A DNA stretch of 63,966 nt, the filler included, from Stramenopiles sp. TOSAG23-6 (Eukaryota), in the NCBI GenBank assembly GCA_900128565.1. It is 3 parts of 3 records of this genome, joined end to end, with 100 filler letters (N's around TTAATTAATTAA, not from the genome) between each part and the next. Parts side by side here need not be neighbours in the genome. Positions count along the whole stretch, not along the records: positions 1 to 21,727 come from LT636024.1; 2 more parts are not named here. One strand, 5' to 3'. Below the pieces are notes generated by a model that was not told where the DNA came from, made no database searches, and saw only the letters and a list, made by a program, of their open reading frames with translations. Position 1 is the stretch's first letter. Every line of letters begins with the position of its first letter. The translations under genes and the position numbers were made by a program. Shown one piece after another: positions 1-10,462 of the stretch.

Positions 1-90
1 ATGTATTTTGGAAAAATATTTCAAAAAAAAAATCGTTAGGTACAAAATTTCGTACAAAAAAAATTAAATTTGAAAAAAAATAAAACATAC
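1..90 (-). mobile_element. Introner-like intron copy, GTATG...AAAATACAT (90 nt; 3' flank lies outside the window)
   Basis: The reverse complement matches the family consensus, including GTACGAAATTTTGTACCTAAC. It follows coding sequence cga gca tta t|. Confidence 0.85.
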
Positions 91-1030
91 ATAATGCTCG
101 GTTTTGTTTCTGTACAGAATCGAGAATATTTTTTGTGTCTTTCAAATCACTCTTTGTTGCATCTAACTCTACACTGTATGTATCAACTTTAAATGATAGA
201 TCTAATTTTTCTTTGCGCAAGATAACTAATTCTTGTAGAGCATTATTCAAATCTGACTGTAGTTTTTGTACAAATAGCAAATCAGCCTTTTTTTGTTGTT
301 CTGTTTTTTGTATCGTAGATATTATTTCATCTGTGATTGAATCATTTGGTGTATTTTGTATTTTTTCCAATTGTGTAGATAATGATTGATTTGTTTTTTT
401 AGCTTCTTCTAGTTGTTGTTGTATTTTAGTAAATGCTTCTGCTTGTTCTTTCATATCGTCACAAACTTGATCTTTTTGCTTCTTCTCTAACCCCAGTTTT
501 CGGTCTGACGTAACTAATCTTTGCTTCAATGTTTTTATTTCATCTTCCAGCATATGATGATGATGTTCTGCTGCATCGAGTTTATGCTGTAAATGAGCTG
601 CGCGACGAGATTCCTTTTTTGTATATGTGTTTGCTACACGTAAAGACTCTTCTAAGATTTCTATCTGATTAGAATCGTTTAAGTTAGATGGTGGTGTTGT
701 ACTATCTTTATCATTATTTGAATGACTAAAAATAGATGTATCACTTCCATTTTCTTCTGAGTATTCATTTTCTTCATCTGTCTCATTGTCCGGCTGCTGA
801 TCAAGAAATATTCCCATTACTTTTGAAAAATCGTCCGAAGATATTTTGTGAGAAGTAGATTGTGCTCCAAAAGCAGCTTGCACTTGTGCTTTTTCTGATG
901 AATCTAAAACACGACCGACAAAATGGGGCATTGCATGAAATAACTGTTCTATTGTTACCATTTTCTCATTGGGTTCACATCCACATATTTCTAGCACAAC
1001 TGCCCAAGGTGAACGAATATCATTTTCCAT
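91..1030 (-). CDS. Coiled-coil protein, first exon (3' partial)
   Basis: Open frame from ATG 1030 (MENDIRSPW...) to the intron donor at 90; E/Q/K-rich. It is absent from the ORF track because no stop occurs before the window edge. Confidence 0.7.
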
Positions 1031-1115
1031 GTTTACTAAATATGGAGAAGAAAGGTATCTAGTATTGTTGTTCGATGGAAGAAAATTTCAGATTTGATGC
1101 ATGCTCGCGAATGTC

Positions 1116-1130
1116 TTAGGGTTAGGGTTA
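1116..1130. promoter_or_regulatory. TTAGGG x2.5 telobox-like motif in divergent promoter
   Basis: TTAGGGTTAGGGTTA lies between the divergent ATGs at 1030 and 1281. Confidence 0.5.
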
Positions 1131-1280
1131 TGACAGTTTCACATGATCTAGACCGACACAGGTTGGTCAAGGTTGGTCAAGGATCCAACACAGTCTCCAG
1201 GGCTTACATAAGATTACTTTGCTGATTAAATTAAAAGCATATTCTAATGAGTTTAGTATAAAATACTTCCCTACTCATCA

Positions 1281-2702
1281 ATGGGCTCAGCTGCATCAAT
1301 AGAAGTGAAACTACAGTCAGAGTGTGACGGAAGATTACTTTTGAATGGAGAAGAAAGGAATAAAGCTAGAAGAAACCTACAAGAAATATACACTCGTGTG
1401 TTGAAAGCAAAAGGTGAAGAGGCTGCATTTTCAGCAGTCAGGAACGAATATTTGAAATTAAAGAAGAAAATTTCTGCACTATTATCAGATCCTTGGCGAA
1501 AATTCAAGTCCCCTTTTGGAGGTCAGATGTCTCCGAATGATGAATGGGTGAGAATTGAATCTGGAAAGTTGTGCCTTGAGGTCGTATTATCGTCTAGGTG
1601 TGTCGAAGAGTGTTGCAAGCATATTTCTATCAAGCAAAATAAAAAGAGCAAACGCAAAACAACATCCAAAACTACTCTGAATACTAAAAGAAAACAACGA
1701 AACCGACGTTTGAAAAGTACCAAAAAGAAATCAACTTCAGGTAAAAAGTGTATTATAATACCTGGTAAAACATTTTCTGTATTAGATTCAAATTTACTCG
1801 TCGTAGATAAAACAAGGACTGAGTTAGAGAACTCAAAAATGAATATTATAGATAATGTAGCAACATCAACTATATTTGCTGAACATTTAGTGTTATCACC
1901 AGTCACGCCGCCACTTAAAAATATCATTTGGAATGATATTTTATCAAATAAAATTGTTGCCTTGACATGTTCTGACTCAGACATATCTGAAGATGCTGTT
2001 GCTTCATGGGGTTCTGTTGCCTCGCCATGCTGGCTTCGTATTCTTCGATTAACCAATGGAACACTTAAACAAATTCCAGAACTAAGTGGATTTCCAAAGT
2101 TACTTGTCTTAGATATCAGTGGAAATTCTTTATCTAATTACATAGAGACTACACGAAATCATACAACATCTTTAGAAAATATACAAATACATAAAAAACA
2201 TCCATTAACATTCTTACAAAGTGCCCCACAACTTCGTGAATTTCGTGCAGAAAATTGTTCACTGTCAAACCTACCATTAAATTCACTTATTTGGCCAACA
2301 CAGCTATGCAAATTATGTTTAGCCAATAATTGTGTTGAAGATACAGAAAATATTTCCTTATTGGAATCATTAAAATGGTTAACAGAACTTGATCTTCGGG
2401 GTAATCCTTGCAATGAGAAAAACGAATATAAAGAAATAGTGCAAAAATTAAGAAAACAAATAAGCCATTTAAAATATATCGATGGTGTATCACGAAATCA
2501 GGTTATACGCAGTGTTACTATAGATACACACACACAATTAGATAATCATGACATTAGTAATATGTTAGATAATTCATCTTGTAGCTGTCTTGAAGGAAAT
2601 GCGTGCGTATCCTCCTATAATTGTAAAAATTGGGATAATAGATTTGAAATTGCTCGAGCAGCTAGAATTAAAAAACATGGTAAAGATCCTCTAGTGCATT
2701 AA
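1281..2702 (+). CDS. Leucine-rich repeat protein
   Basis: LxxLxLxxN repeats (LLVLDISGNSL, LCKLCLANNCV, LTELDLRGNP) plus an LRR cap (YKEIVQKL...LKYIDG). Confidence 0.85.
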   Translation: MGSAASIEVKLQSECDGRLLLNGEERNKARRNLQEIYTRVLKAKGEEAAFSAVRNEYLKLKKKISALLSDPWRKFKSPFGGQMSPNDEWVRIESGKLCLEVVLSSRCVEECCKHISIKQNKKSKRKTTSKTTLNTKRKQRNRRLKSTKKKSTSGKKCIIIPGKTFSVLDSNLLVVDKTRTELENSKMNIIDNVATSTIFAEHLVLSPVTPPLKNIIWNDILSNKIVALTCSDSDISEDAVASWGSVASPCWLRILRLTNGTLKQIPELSGFPKLLVLDISGNSLSNYIETTRNHTTSLENIQIHKKHPLTFLQSAPQLREFRAENCSLSNLPLNSLIWPTQLCKLCLANNCVEDTENISLLESLKWLTELDLRGNPCNEKNEYKEIVQKLRKQISHLKYIDGVSRNQVIRSVTIDTHTQLDNHDISNMLDNSSCSCLEGNACVSSYNCKNWDNRFEIARAARIKKHGKDPLVH

Positions 2703-2764
2703 ATAAATAAAGATCCTCTAGTGCATTAAATAAATAAAGATCCTCTAGTGTATTAAATAAATAA
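2681..2764 (+). repeat. 27-bp tandem repeat x3 spanning the stop codon and 3' UTR
   Basis: TAAAGATCCTCTAGTGCATTAAATAAA is repeated. Confidence 0.9.
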
Positions 2765-2784
2765 AAGTTAGTTTTTGTTTATAT

Positions 2785-3789
2785 TCAAACAGTAAAATGA
2801 ATACCAGCTTTGTTAAATGCCGCAAGCAATTCAAGGAAATTATCTATTGTTAACTGCGATGAGCGACGTGTCGAAGTTTTCGTTTCTGCCAATACTTTTT
2901 CTACAAGTTTCTTGAAATGTTCAGATGCATTTTTGAATGCTCTTTTCCTCTTTTTACCCTCACTCACTTGAACATCCATCATATCAGTTTCATTTACACT
3001 ATTTGTATTTCCATTATTATTATTACTAGATAGTGAACGAATAGTAGATGTATTCTTTTCCAACAGTGATAATAATTTTTTCTGTCGGAAAATAGAACCT
3101 AAAGTCTTGTTTTTACGATTAAAGCAAAGTTTGACCAATCCGTCCCACTCTAAAAAGTTCACCGGTGGTGCAGGTACACGCGGTTCAATACGAACAACAC
3201 GAGATTCAACCTTTGGTGGAGGCCTAAAATTATTCTTTGAAACTTTCATTAACTGTGATACCTTGGCGAGAAGCTGACAATTGACTGCAAGTCGGCAATA
3301 CATTGCTGAGCCTGGTTGAGCTGAAAGTCTCATTGCAAATTCTTCTTGAAACATAATAACAGCTGAACGAAAAAACGGACGGTGTGCAATAAGTTTAAAA
3401 GTAAGAGCTGAAGATATCTGATATGGAATATTAGCTACACAAACGTCAAAGTAAGGCAAATCAACTTTAAGAGCATCCCCTTTAATGACCTCAAGCTTGT
3501 GCTGTAGATCTGTTCCTTGTACTCTTTTTTTAACCTCCATGATCATACGCGGATCAATTTCTACAACAATGACCTTTTTACATATTTCTAACATCTGAAT
3601 TGTCATGATACCATTACCGCAACCAATTTCAAGGGCAATATCGGTGGACTTTAACTTGGCTTTGGCGACAATTCCTCTAACAACAGCTGGATTTTTTAAG
3701 AAATGCTGACCACGACCACCCTTTGCACCAGTTGGAAGAGGACCTGGAGCCTTTTTAGCATGTGTAGCTTTACGCGAAACTTTGGGCAT
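2785..3789 (-). CDS. DIM1: 18S rRNA adenine dimethyltransferase Dim1
   Basis: Motifs GQHFLKNP, LEIGCGNG, VANIPYQISS, FRPPPKVESRVVRIEPR. Confidence 0.97.
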   Translation of the reverse strand: MPKVSRKATHAKKAPGPLPTGAKGGRGQHFLKNPAVVRGIVAKAKLKSTDIALEIGCGNGIMTIQMLEICKKVIVVEIDPRMIMEVKKRVQGTDLQHKLEVIKGDALKVDLPYFDVCVANIPYQISSALTFKLIAHRPFFRSAVIMFQEEFAMRLSAQPGSAMYCRLAVNCQLLAKVSQLMKVSKNNFRPPPKVESRVVRIEPRVPAPPVNFLEWDGLVKLCFNRKNKTLGSIFRQKKLLSLLEKNTSTIRSLSSNNNNGNTNSVNETDMMDVQVSEGKKRKRAFKNASEHFKKLVEKVLAETKTSTRRSSQLTIDNFLELLAAFNKAGIHFTV

Positions 3790-3927
3790 TCTTTTTGAGT
3801 CGGTGATTAAATCAATGCGATGGCTACTGGTAGAATTTCTACTTGCAGCTTGGTACAGTAAGTTCTAGTACTACTTGAGTATTGTTTTTTTGCATTTCGT
3901 TGGAGAGTGCTGAATATATAAAATACG

Positions 3928-3951
3928 TAGGGTTAGGGCTAGTACCGGGTA
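3928..3951. promoter_or_regulatory. Telobox-like TAGGGTTAGGG plus TACCGGGTA motif in the DIM1/RNase HII divergent promoter
   Basis: Both motifs recur in other promoters in this window. Confidence 0.5.
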
Positions 3952-4061
3952 TCTTTTTTGACTGTAAGTTTTTGCGCAATTTTTTTGATGCTTCATATCA
4001 TTCCGACATTCATTATTCCTATTTAGGAAGAAGTTCTTACTAAAACTTGATCAACAATATT

Positions 4062-5372
4062 ATGGTTGTAACGCGTTCGCAGAAAAGGCGCGTGAGCTTT
4101 GACGATAGAGTAGTATCACCACCACCATCCAGAGAACGTTTGCATAAGAGGGCACGACGCGCCTCTGAAGCACTTTTGAGTTCTCAGTCACGGGAAAGTG
4201 AGAAAACTGAAAATGAAGAAAATGTCAGTGACTTGGAAAACGTGCCTGTCCAGAACGGACGAAATGTAAAAAGAAAAAAAAACACAAAAAAACTAACTAC
4301 TTCAAAACGAACGAGAAAGCCCCGTAAAGCTTCAGAGAAAAAAACAGCAACAGCAGCTAGTTCAAAACGAACGAGAAAGCCCCGTAAAGCTTCAGAGAAA
4401 AAAACAGTTACAAAGAAAGATTTAGTTGGGAGTAAAAAAGGAAAAAAACCTGTGATTGGTCTGACAAAATCCAGAGAAGATGAATTAACTGCCCAAGGAT
4501 ACAAATGTATTGCGGGGACCGATGAAGCGGGTAAGTTTTGCTTATTTGTTTATGTGTTTTAAAGTTTTTTTGTATCTTTTTGTTGTACTAATTTATATAG
4601 ATATTTGTTATTATACTATATATTAGGTAGAGGACCTCTCGCAGGCCCAGTTGTTGCTGCTGCTTGTGTAGTACCACCTGGTATTTTCTTCGAAGGTGTC
4701 ACTGACTCAAAAAAAATGAGCGAAGAAATGAGAATAAAATTATTTAACCAACTTACTACTGATCCACGTATTCGATATGGTGTATCGATTATACCTCATA
4801 ATCGCATAGATGAAATTAATATTTTACAGGCATCGATGGAAGCAATGAGACTTTCAGTTCAATCTATTAATGACAGTGACAATAATAATCCTGTAGATTA
4901 CGTTCTTGTAGATGGCCCTAGAGATCCTAGAGATATTCCTGAACCAACACATGAATATTACAGGAAAAAAAAATTAAAATTGAAAGCTACAAAGACTAAA
5001 AAAGTAAATAAAAAGAAAACGAAAGCAAAGGTTTCTTCCATTAAATTGAACAATACTGAAGAAGAACCAACTAAAGTGACTTATCGAGGTCAGTTTGTTG
5101 AACATTGTCAAGTAGAAAATGTTATAAAGGGGGATTCGAAAGTTTTCTCTATTGCTGCAGCATCAATTATAGCAAAAGTCACTCGTGATAAATTAATGAA
5201 AGAATATCACGTGAAATGGCCCCACTACGAATTTGAAAAAAACAAAGGATACCCAACTGCTTTTCACAAAGCCCAATGTTTCAAACATGGAGCTTGTCCT
5301 ATTCATAGACTTACATTTGCACCTCTCAAAAATATGTCTAAAAAGCAACTACAATATAAACCCAAACCCTAA
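4062..5372 (+). CDS. Ribonuclease HII (bacterial rnhB-like) with basic N-terminal extension; exons 4062-4530 and 4627-5372
   Basis: GTDEAG|RGPLAGPVVAAA is restored by a canonical intron. Also DSKK, KGDS..SIAAASIIAKVTRD, KGYPT and HRLTF. Confidence 0.93.
4300..4408 (+). repeat. 60-bp coding tandem duplication (SKRTRKPRKASEKKT)
   Basis: Direct repeat visible in both DNA and protein. Confidence 0.85.
4531..4626 (+). other. Canonical GT-AG intron
   Basis: GTAAGT...TACTAAT...TATTAG; its removal joins DEAG-RG. Confidence 0.95.
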
Positions 5373-5724
5373 TAGTAAGAGCGTGTCTATCTAAAAAATC
5401 TAAAAAACTTCTAGAAAGAAAACAAAAACAATAAAAAATCATTAAATCTTCCTCAGTTCATAATTTAATCATTAATAAATACATATAAAGTCACTAATTG
5501 AGACATAATATGCATTAGAGTAAATATGAAGGACGGTGTCACAAGGTACCTAGTTATAGACAACAGAAAAACGTAGAACAAAATCAAACATCGTATGTTG
5601 TGTTATATACTAGGGCTTGCAAACACCAAATTGTTCCTCAGTAAAATGAGTTTACGACACCAACGACAATAATAATTGTCCAAGATACGTATCTTTGCAG
5701 CGCAAATATTATTACAAAACATAC

Positions 5725-6117
5725 TTAGTAAAAGAAGCCAAGAAGCTTTCCACCAGTCTTCTTGCGCTTTGCTTCTTCGTGATCCATGATTCCGTAAGAA
5801 GTTGTGAGGACAATGTGTCCAAAAAGACGAGAAGGAAGGAGGTTAGCAATCCATTTTTCCATATCTTTACCTTTGACATCGAAGCGTGGGGATACAACAC
5901 CACATTTGTTGATGCGACCAGTGAGCTCAATGACGACCTTACCAGCACGGTGGTCATCGACGATCTCGAACTCACCAATGTAGTCAGCCTTCTGCATGCA
6001 CTGAAGGAATTTAATCAAAACCTTGGAGACTGGTCTGACGATAACTTGACGTTTACCACGCTTTTCAGCGTTAGAAATTGTACGGAGCGAATCCGCGAGA
6101 ACACCCATGCGCACCAT
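5725..6117 (-). CDS. RPS15A: 40S ribosomal protein S15A (uS8)
   Basis: [11 protein letters not shown]...[15 protein letters not shown]...GGKLLGFFY. Confidence 0.98.
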   Translation of the reverse strand: MVRMGVLADSLRTISNAEKRGKRQVIVRPVSKVLIKFLQCMQKADYIGEFEIVDDHRAGKVVIELTGRINKCGVVSPRFDVKGKDMEKWIANLLPSRLFGHIVLTTSYGIMDHEEAKRKKTGGKLLGFFY

Positions 6118-6459
6118 TTTACTTTAAATTTTGTGTTTATGACGAGGAATACAGACGACGAAACACCGAACAAAACAAACAACAAATGGGTTTATCGGGA
6201 GCTTCACGCTGACTTTTTCGTTACCGGGTAACACCATTTTAACGGCAGAAATCCACGTACACAGCAAATCATATGATAGTAATACTTCACCTACCTGTTC
6301 GTGGAAGTACAAAATAGTTTGTTCGTTGCTATATTATTATTATAATTCTTGCGTCTAACGAGTACCGCATAAATACCTGCTCGTAGCTGCTNAAATCATT
6401 GAAATTCTGAAAAGAGAGATTAAAATTTGGGGGAATTTGGTTTTCCAAGATTAATTAAA

Positions 6460-7305
6460 ATGCTTCAGTATGCTTTTTTAAATGGAATAGATGTAAATGA
6501 TTTGCTCATATTCTTCTGTGTTATATTTGTTTTGACAGGTATAGTTGACATATTTATTGTAAAGCAAATTTTTCGGAAAACAGGAGCTCAATACTTTGTG
6601 TTACACTCTTGTTTCAACGTATATATTATGATACTTTGTACGAATGAATGTTGGGAAACGATGCTTAATCCGCTTGATACATTCTCTCCTCTTTATTCAA
6701 TATCAAGTTTATCAACAACAGTAGCAATTGGGGCTTTCCATTGCTACCATACCTTATTAACTCTTCGTTTCCTCGGTGGAAAAGGTCTTAGCTTCGAAGA
6801 CCTTGTTCACCATTTTGTTAGCGGTATCATAGTACCCATATTTGGTGTTTCACTTCCTTTTGGCAAGGTTGTTAGTATTGTGAATTTCTTCATGTGTGGC
6901 TTACCTGGAGGTATTGACTATGTGCTACTTTCATGTGTGAAGTATGGATTGATAAAAAGGTTGACTGAAAAAAGAGTAAATCGAATGCTTAATTTGACAA
7001 TGCGTCTACCAGGAATGCAACTTTGTTGTTATATTATCTTTATCAATTTTAAGAGTGGTAATCTGAAAGCAACATTCATTGAATTATTCCTCATGTACGT
7101 TTTACATATTTATTCTTTTCTTCTAAACTATCAATTACTTTTTCAGTGTTACTTACATATATATTCTTTTCTTCTAATGTACGTACAATACAGGTCTTTT
7201 GCTGCATTTCTACATTGTTTTAATGCGGTATATTATGCGGACAAAGTGGTTCAAAATTACGGTGTATGCCTCTACAAGGAAAAAGTAGAAAAGAAAACAT
7301 CGTAA
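6460..7305 (+). CDS. TLC-domain-like multi-pass membrane protein; probable intron 7095-7193
   Basis: Hydrophobic helices, DLVHH, FFMCGLPGGIDY, N..YY. Confidence 0.75.
   Translation: MLQYAFLNGIDVNDLLIFFCVIFVLTGIVDIFIVKQIFRKTGAQYFVLHSCFNVYIMILCTNECWETMLNPLDTFSPLYSISSLSTTVAIGAFHCYHTLLTLRFLGGKGLSFEDLVHHFVSGIIVPIFGVSLPFGKVVSIVNFFMCGLPGGIDYVLLSCVKYGLIKRLTEKRVNRMLNLTMRLPGMQLCCYIIFINFKSGNLKATFIELFLMYVLHIYSFLLNYQLLFQCYLHIYSFLLMYVQYRSFAAFLHCFNAVYYADKVVQNYGVCLYKEKVEKKTS
7095..7193 (+). other. Canonical GT-AG intron, 99 nt, in frame with no stop (read through in the ORF track)
   Basis: at|GTACGT...CTAAT...CAATACAG|g; T-rich and internally duplicated. Confidence 0.7.
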
Positions 7306-7335
7306 AAATTACCAAACTTTTAAAAACATTTATTT

Positions 7336-9600
7336 TTACTTCGGAGAAACTTGCACAAGTTCCATTGTTTCTTTATCATACCGGAACCAAGGTCCTTCGG
7401 TGGACTTACAATATAACTTTNTTTTTTCATTAAATAAATACTTCGTTGATCGATTAAACCAAAGTTTAGATCGTCTATCCCAAACAAAGTTTCCTCTAGT
7501 TTTACTTTCATCTAAATATAATGCTGGTAAGGTTTCAGTAGTTATTGTACCTTCACCAACGGCGTTATCACCTGGTGACGAAGCCTTTGGATCATAAAAA
7601 TGTTTAGTCTGCTCTGTCGGTGTTTTTGGTGGTGTAATTACTGGCGGTGGTGATATTGTTTTAATCATTGGCGATGAGCTTGGTGATGTCGTCATATCAG
7701 CAAGTGAACCAAATCCCCCACCTATTGAAATACTACGCCGATGATCACCAGTGAGATTTCCTACAACTGGACTATTTAGTACGGCGCTACCACTAAATAG
7801 ACTAACAATATCATCATCCTTTAAATTATCATCATTGACATTGTTTTTTGTATCAAATAGCATCATGATATCTTCCTCTTCCCATGAATCATCAATCACT
7901 GGTGGTGGCAAAGAAACATCACCTGATACTAACTTTAACAGTAATGTACGATCAGCATTTGAAATTATTCCATCATTTAGTAACCAATCGGCAGCTGATA
8001 CTGAAGATGAAAACTCATTACTATTTAATCGTAAATCAGACAGTATCAATTTACTAATTTGGGTTTCCTTTTCCATTTGTTTTCGTTTCTCAATACTTTT
8101 TCTATCTAATATTTCTTCGTCTATATAATTATATTTCAAACCACGTGCACCACAAGAGTCCATATCTGCAGTTTTCATGCCTACAGTAGCTAAACGTGCT
8201 ATTGTATTTTTCGCTTCCATTTTTATAACACGCGAAAGCTCTGCACGACCACAAACAGAATTAATTGTTATTACCGCAACGTCTCTCATTGATGTTTCTT
8301 TTGCGCTCAGCATAAACTGTTCATCACCCATATTTAATACAAAATCATGCATATTATTTGCTAGAGGTAAAGCCCACACATTTGAACCAACTTCCATTTT
8401 AGCTACAGTCTTTTTACCTACTCTATATTTAATCTTTTCTTTTGCTACAACTATTGTTTCAACATCATTATCTACTTTAGTATTTCCACTCGCACCAGGT
8501 AATGAAATTGTAAATCTACGTTTTGACTTATCACTTATCCCACCAGACCCAGAACGAACTCGAGATTGTTCATACTCGCATTTATCAGAGTTTGATGTTT
8601 TATTGCCGTTTAATTCGACTTCAAATAAATGTTCCTTATGTCCTAATATTATACCAGTAATTATTTCACAAATACTGGGATCAACTTCAACCTGACCACA
8701 TGATAGTTCAACTGTATTCCTAGATCGTTTATTACAATCGATTTCGCACTCACAATAGAGAAAGGTACCGATGTCGAGTGTTGTTGGAATATATGTATCA
8801 CCAATACCAACCTGTATACGACCAGGGTCTCGATACCATATGTAAGAGTCGTCAATGTCATTTAGTGCACGACTTCGTCGCGTTTTACCCGATCCAGTCA
8901 CTACTGAACCTAAAACATGCGAAGCAACACCTACAAAAAGTTTATCACTAAGCTTCAGGCCCTCGACTGTAGCCAAACCCTTTTTACCACCTTTAGGTTG
9001 GCCAAGTTGACGGCGTAGTAATGCGATACGTTTTTCCTGTGTTTCCAACAGATCTATCATTTTTTTAACAGTAGCACGCTTTTCTCGTCGCTCTACTTTT
9101 CTAGTTTTTGGTTTATCCTGTTTTGGAGAATCTGATATATTTATATCAGCACGACCCTTTTTCGTTACTACTGCTCCTGCTTTTACAGATCTTTGACGTA
9201 TGCGCTTGGTCACAGGGGCGGCTGTACCAAGAACGGGTACTTCAAAAGTGTCTTGTTTTGATATTTTCGGAAACTGTTCAGCGTTATTTCCAGAGGCAAT
9301 CTCTCGTTCTTTTACCTTGACATGCATTAATTTGCGAAAATCAACATCTTTCACACTCGCCACGCGCTCTAAAATATCAACAACCATAAATGAAGCATCT
9401 TTTGTTCCTTTAAGCTTCAATGACATTGTGGGAGCACCACCGAATGCATCCTGACCTATTTTTGCAGGTGCATCGTCCCAAGTTATTCCTTCGATATCCA
9501 ATGATCTGACGTGCGCTTCTAAACCCTTGAAATCTTCAAAGTCAGCAACCAACTGGATATCAATCATAAATGTTCCTATTTTACTCCGACGCCTCGACAT
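7336..9600 (-). CDS. Multidomain protein: EF1B-like N-terminus, coiled coil, AIR9/SCAB-like Ig plus PH-like region, C-terminal OCRE-like motif
   Basis: LEAHVRSLDIEGITW; YIWYR..TYIPTTLDIGTFLYCEC; FVWDRRSKLWFNRSTKYLFN. Start taken at ATG 9600. Confidence 0.6.
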   Translation of the reverse strand: MSRRRSKIGTFMIDIQLVADFEDFKGLEAHVRSLDIEGITWDDAPAKIGQDAFGGAPTMSLKLKGTKDASFMVVDILERVASVKDVDFRKLMHVKVKEREIASGNNAEQFPKISKQDTFEVPVLGTAAPVTKRIRQRSVKAGAVVTKKGRADINISDSPKQDKPKTRKVERREKRATVKKMIDLLETQEKRIALLRRQLGQPKGGKKGLATVEGLKLSDKLFVGVASHVLGSVVTGSGKTRRSRALNDIDDSYIWYRDPGRIQVGIGDTYIPTTLDIGTFLYCECEIDCNKRSRNTVELSCGQVEVDPSICEIITGIILGHKEHLFEVELNGNKTSNSDKCEYEQSRVRSGSGGISDKSKRRFTISLPGASGNTKVDNDVETIVVAKEKIKYRVGKKTVAKMEVGSNVWALPLANNMHDFVLNMGDEQFMLSAKETSMRDVAVITINSVCGRAELSRVIKMEAKNTIARLATVGMKTADMDSCGARGLKYNYIDEEILDRKSIEKRKQMEKETQISKLILSDLRLNSNEFSSSVSAADWLLNDGIISNADRTLLLKLVSGDVSLPPPVIDDSWEEEDIMMLFDTKNNVNDDNLKDDDIVSLFSGSAVLNSPVVGNLTGDHRRSISIGGGFGSLADMTTSPSSSPMIKTISPPPVITPPKTPTEQTKHFYDPKASSPGDNAVGEGTITTETLPALYLDESKTRGNFVWDRRSKLWFNRSTKYLFNEKXKLYCKSTEGPWFRYDKETMELVQVSPK

Positions 9601-9963
9601 TGCTTTCTGGCAAAGGATGGTGTTAATCTGATTAAATTTTAGATTAGATTCGTACGTAGCCTGAGTAAGAAATTTACACAATAATTGTGTTTAAAAAGTG
9701 AAAACTTTGAAAGACGCGTCATCATGATTCATGAATCATGCGTCAATCAACAAACACACGAAATCGCGCGCAAAAAAAAAAGAAAAAAAAAAAAAGAGGC
9801 AGTCAAAAAAAATTAAAAATTTTTGAATTCTTTTCATCATTGATTGAATCATCAAAAAACACTCGAGGCTTCGTGTGATTCATCAAGTCACTTCGTCAAC
9901 GATAAACAACACACGTGGTCGGATCTCGAAGACAAGGAGAAGTAAACTTGAGGGAATTGAATT

Positions 9964-10428
9964 ATGGGACGTAAGGGCAAATCGCAAAAGCATACTGCAA
10001 AGGAAATAAATGCAAAACATCAAGCCGCTAAGAATGCAAGAGGAGCTGCTGGTGGTGGTGGTGCAGGTGCCGCTGCACGTAAAAATGCTGCTGCCAAGAT
10101 CCTAATGAGCTGCACTATTTGTAAAACTAACCAGCCTTCTGTAAAGTCAATGATGATTCACTATGACTCTAAGCATCCAAAAATATGTTTTGAAAGTGTA
10201 AGGGAGGGCTATGAAAAAATTAGTGGCTCAACCAGAGATGCAATTAATAGCAAGAAAAAAGCAAAAACTCACATGATTGGAGCTGTGAAAGCTCAAGCAA
10301 GTTCCAAGACTAAAAACAAAGAGTTGTCTGCCAGAGCCAAGAAAGCATTAGCGGAAAAACAAATGGCGTTTTTGGAGTCTACCCAAAAAAAGAAAGATAA
10401 ACGTGCAAGATCGAAAAAGAAGAAGTAA
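9964..10428 (+). CDS. Small basic C2H2 zinc-finger protein (ZNF706/At2g23090-like)
   Basis: CTIC...MMIHYDSKHPK; basic N-terminus with GGGGAG. Confidence 0.8.
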   Translation: MGRKGKSQKHTAKEINAKHQAAKNARGAAGGGGAGAAARKNAAAKILMSCTICKTNQPSVKSMMIHYDSKHPKICFESVREGYEKISGSTRDAINSKKKAKTHMIGAVKAQASSKTKNKELSARAKKALAEKQMAFLESTQKKKDKRARSKKKK

Positions 10429-10462
10429 TATTATAAAAGGATTTATAAAAAGATAAAACTCT

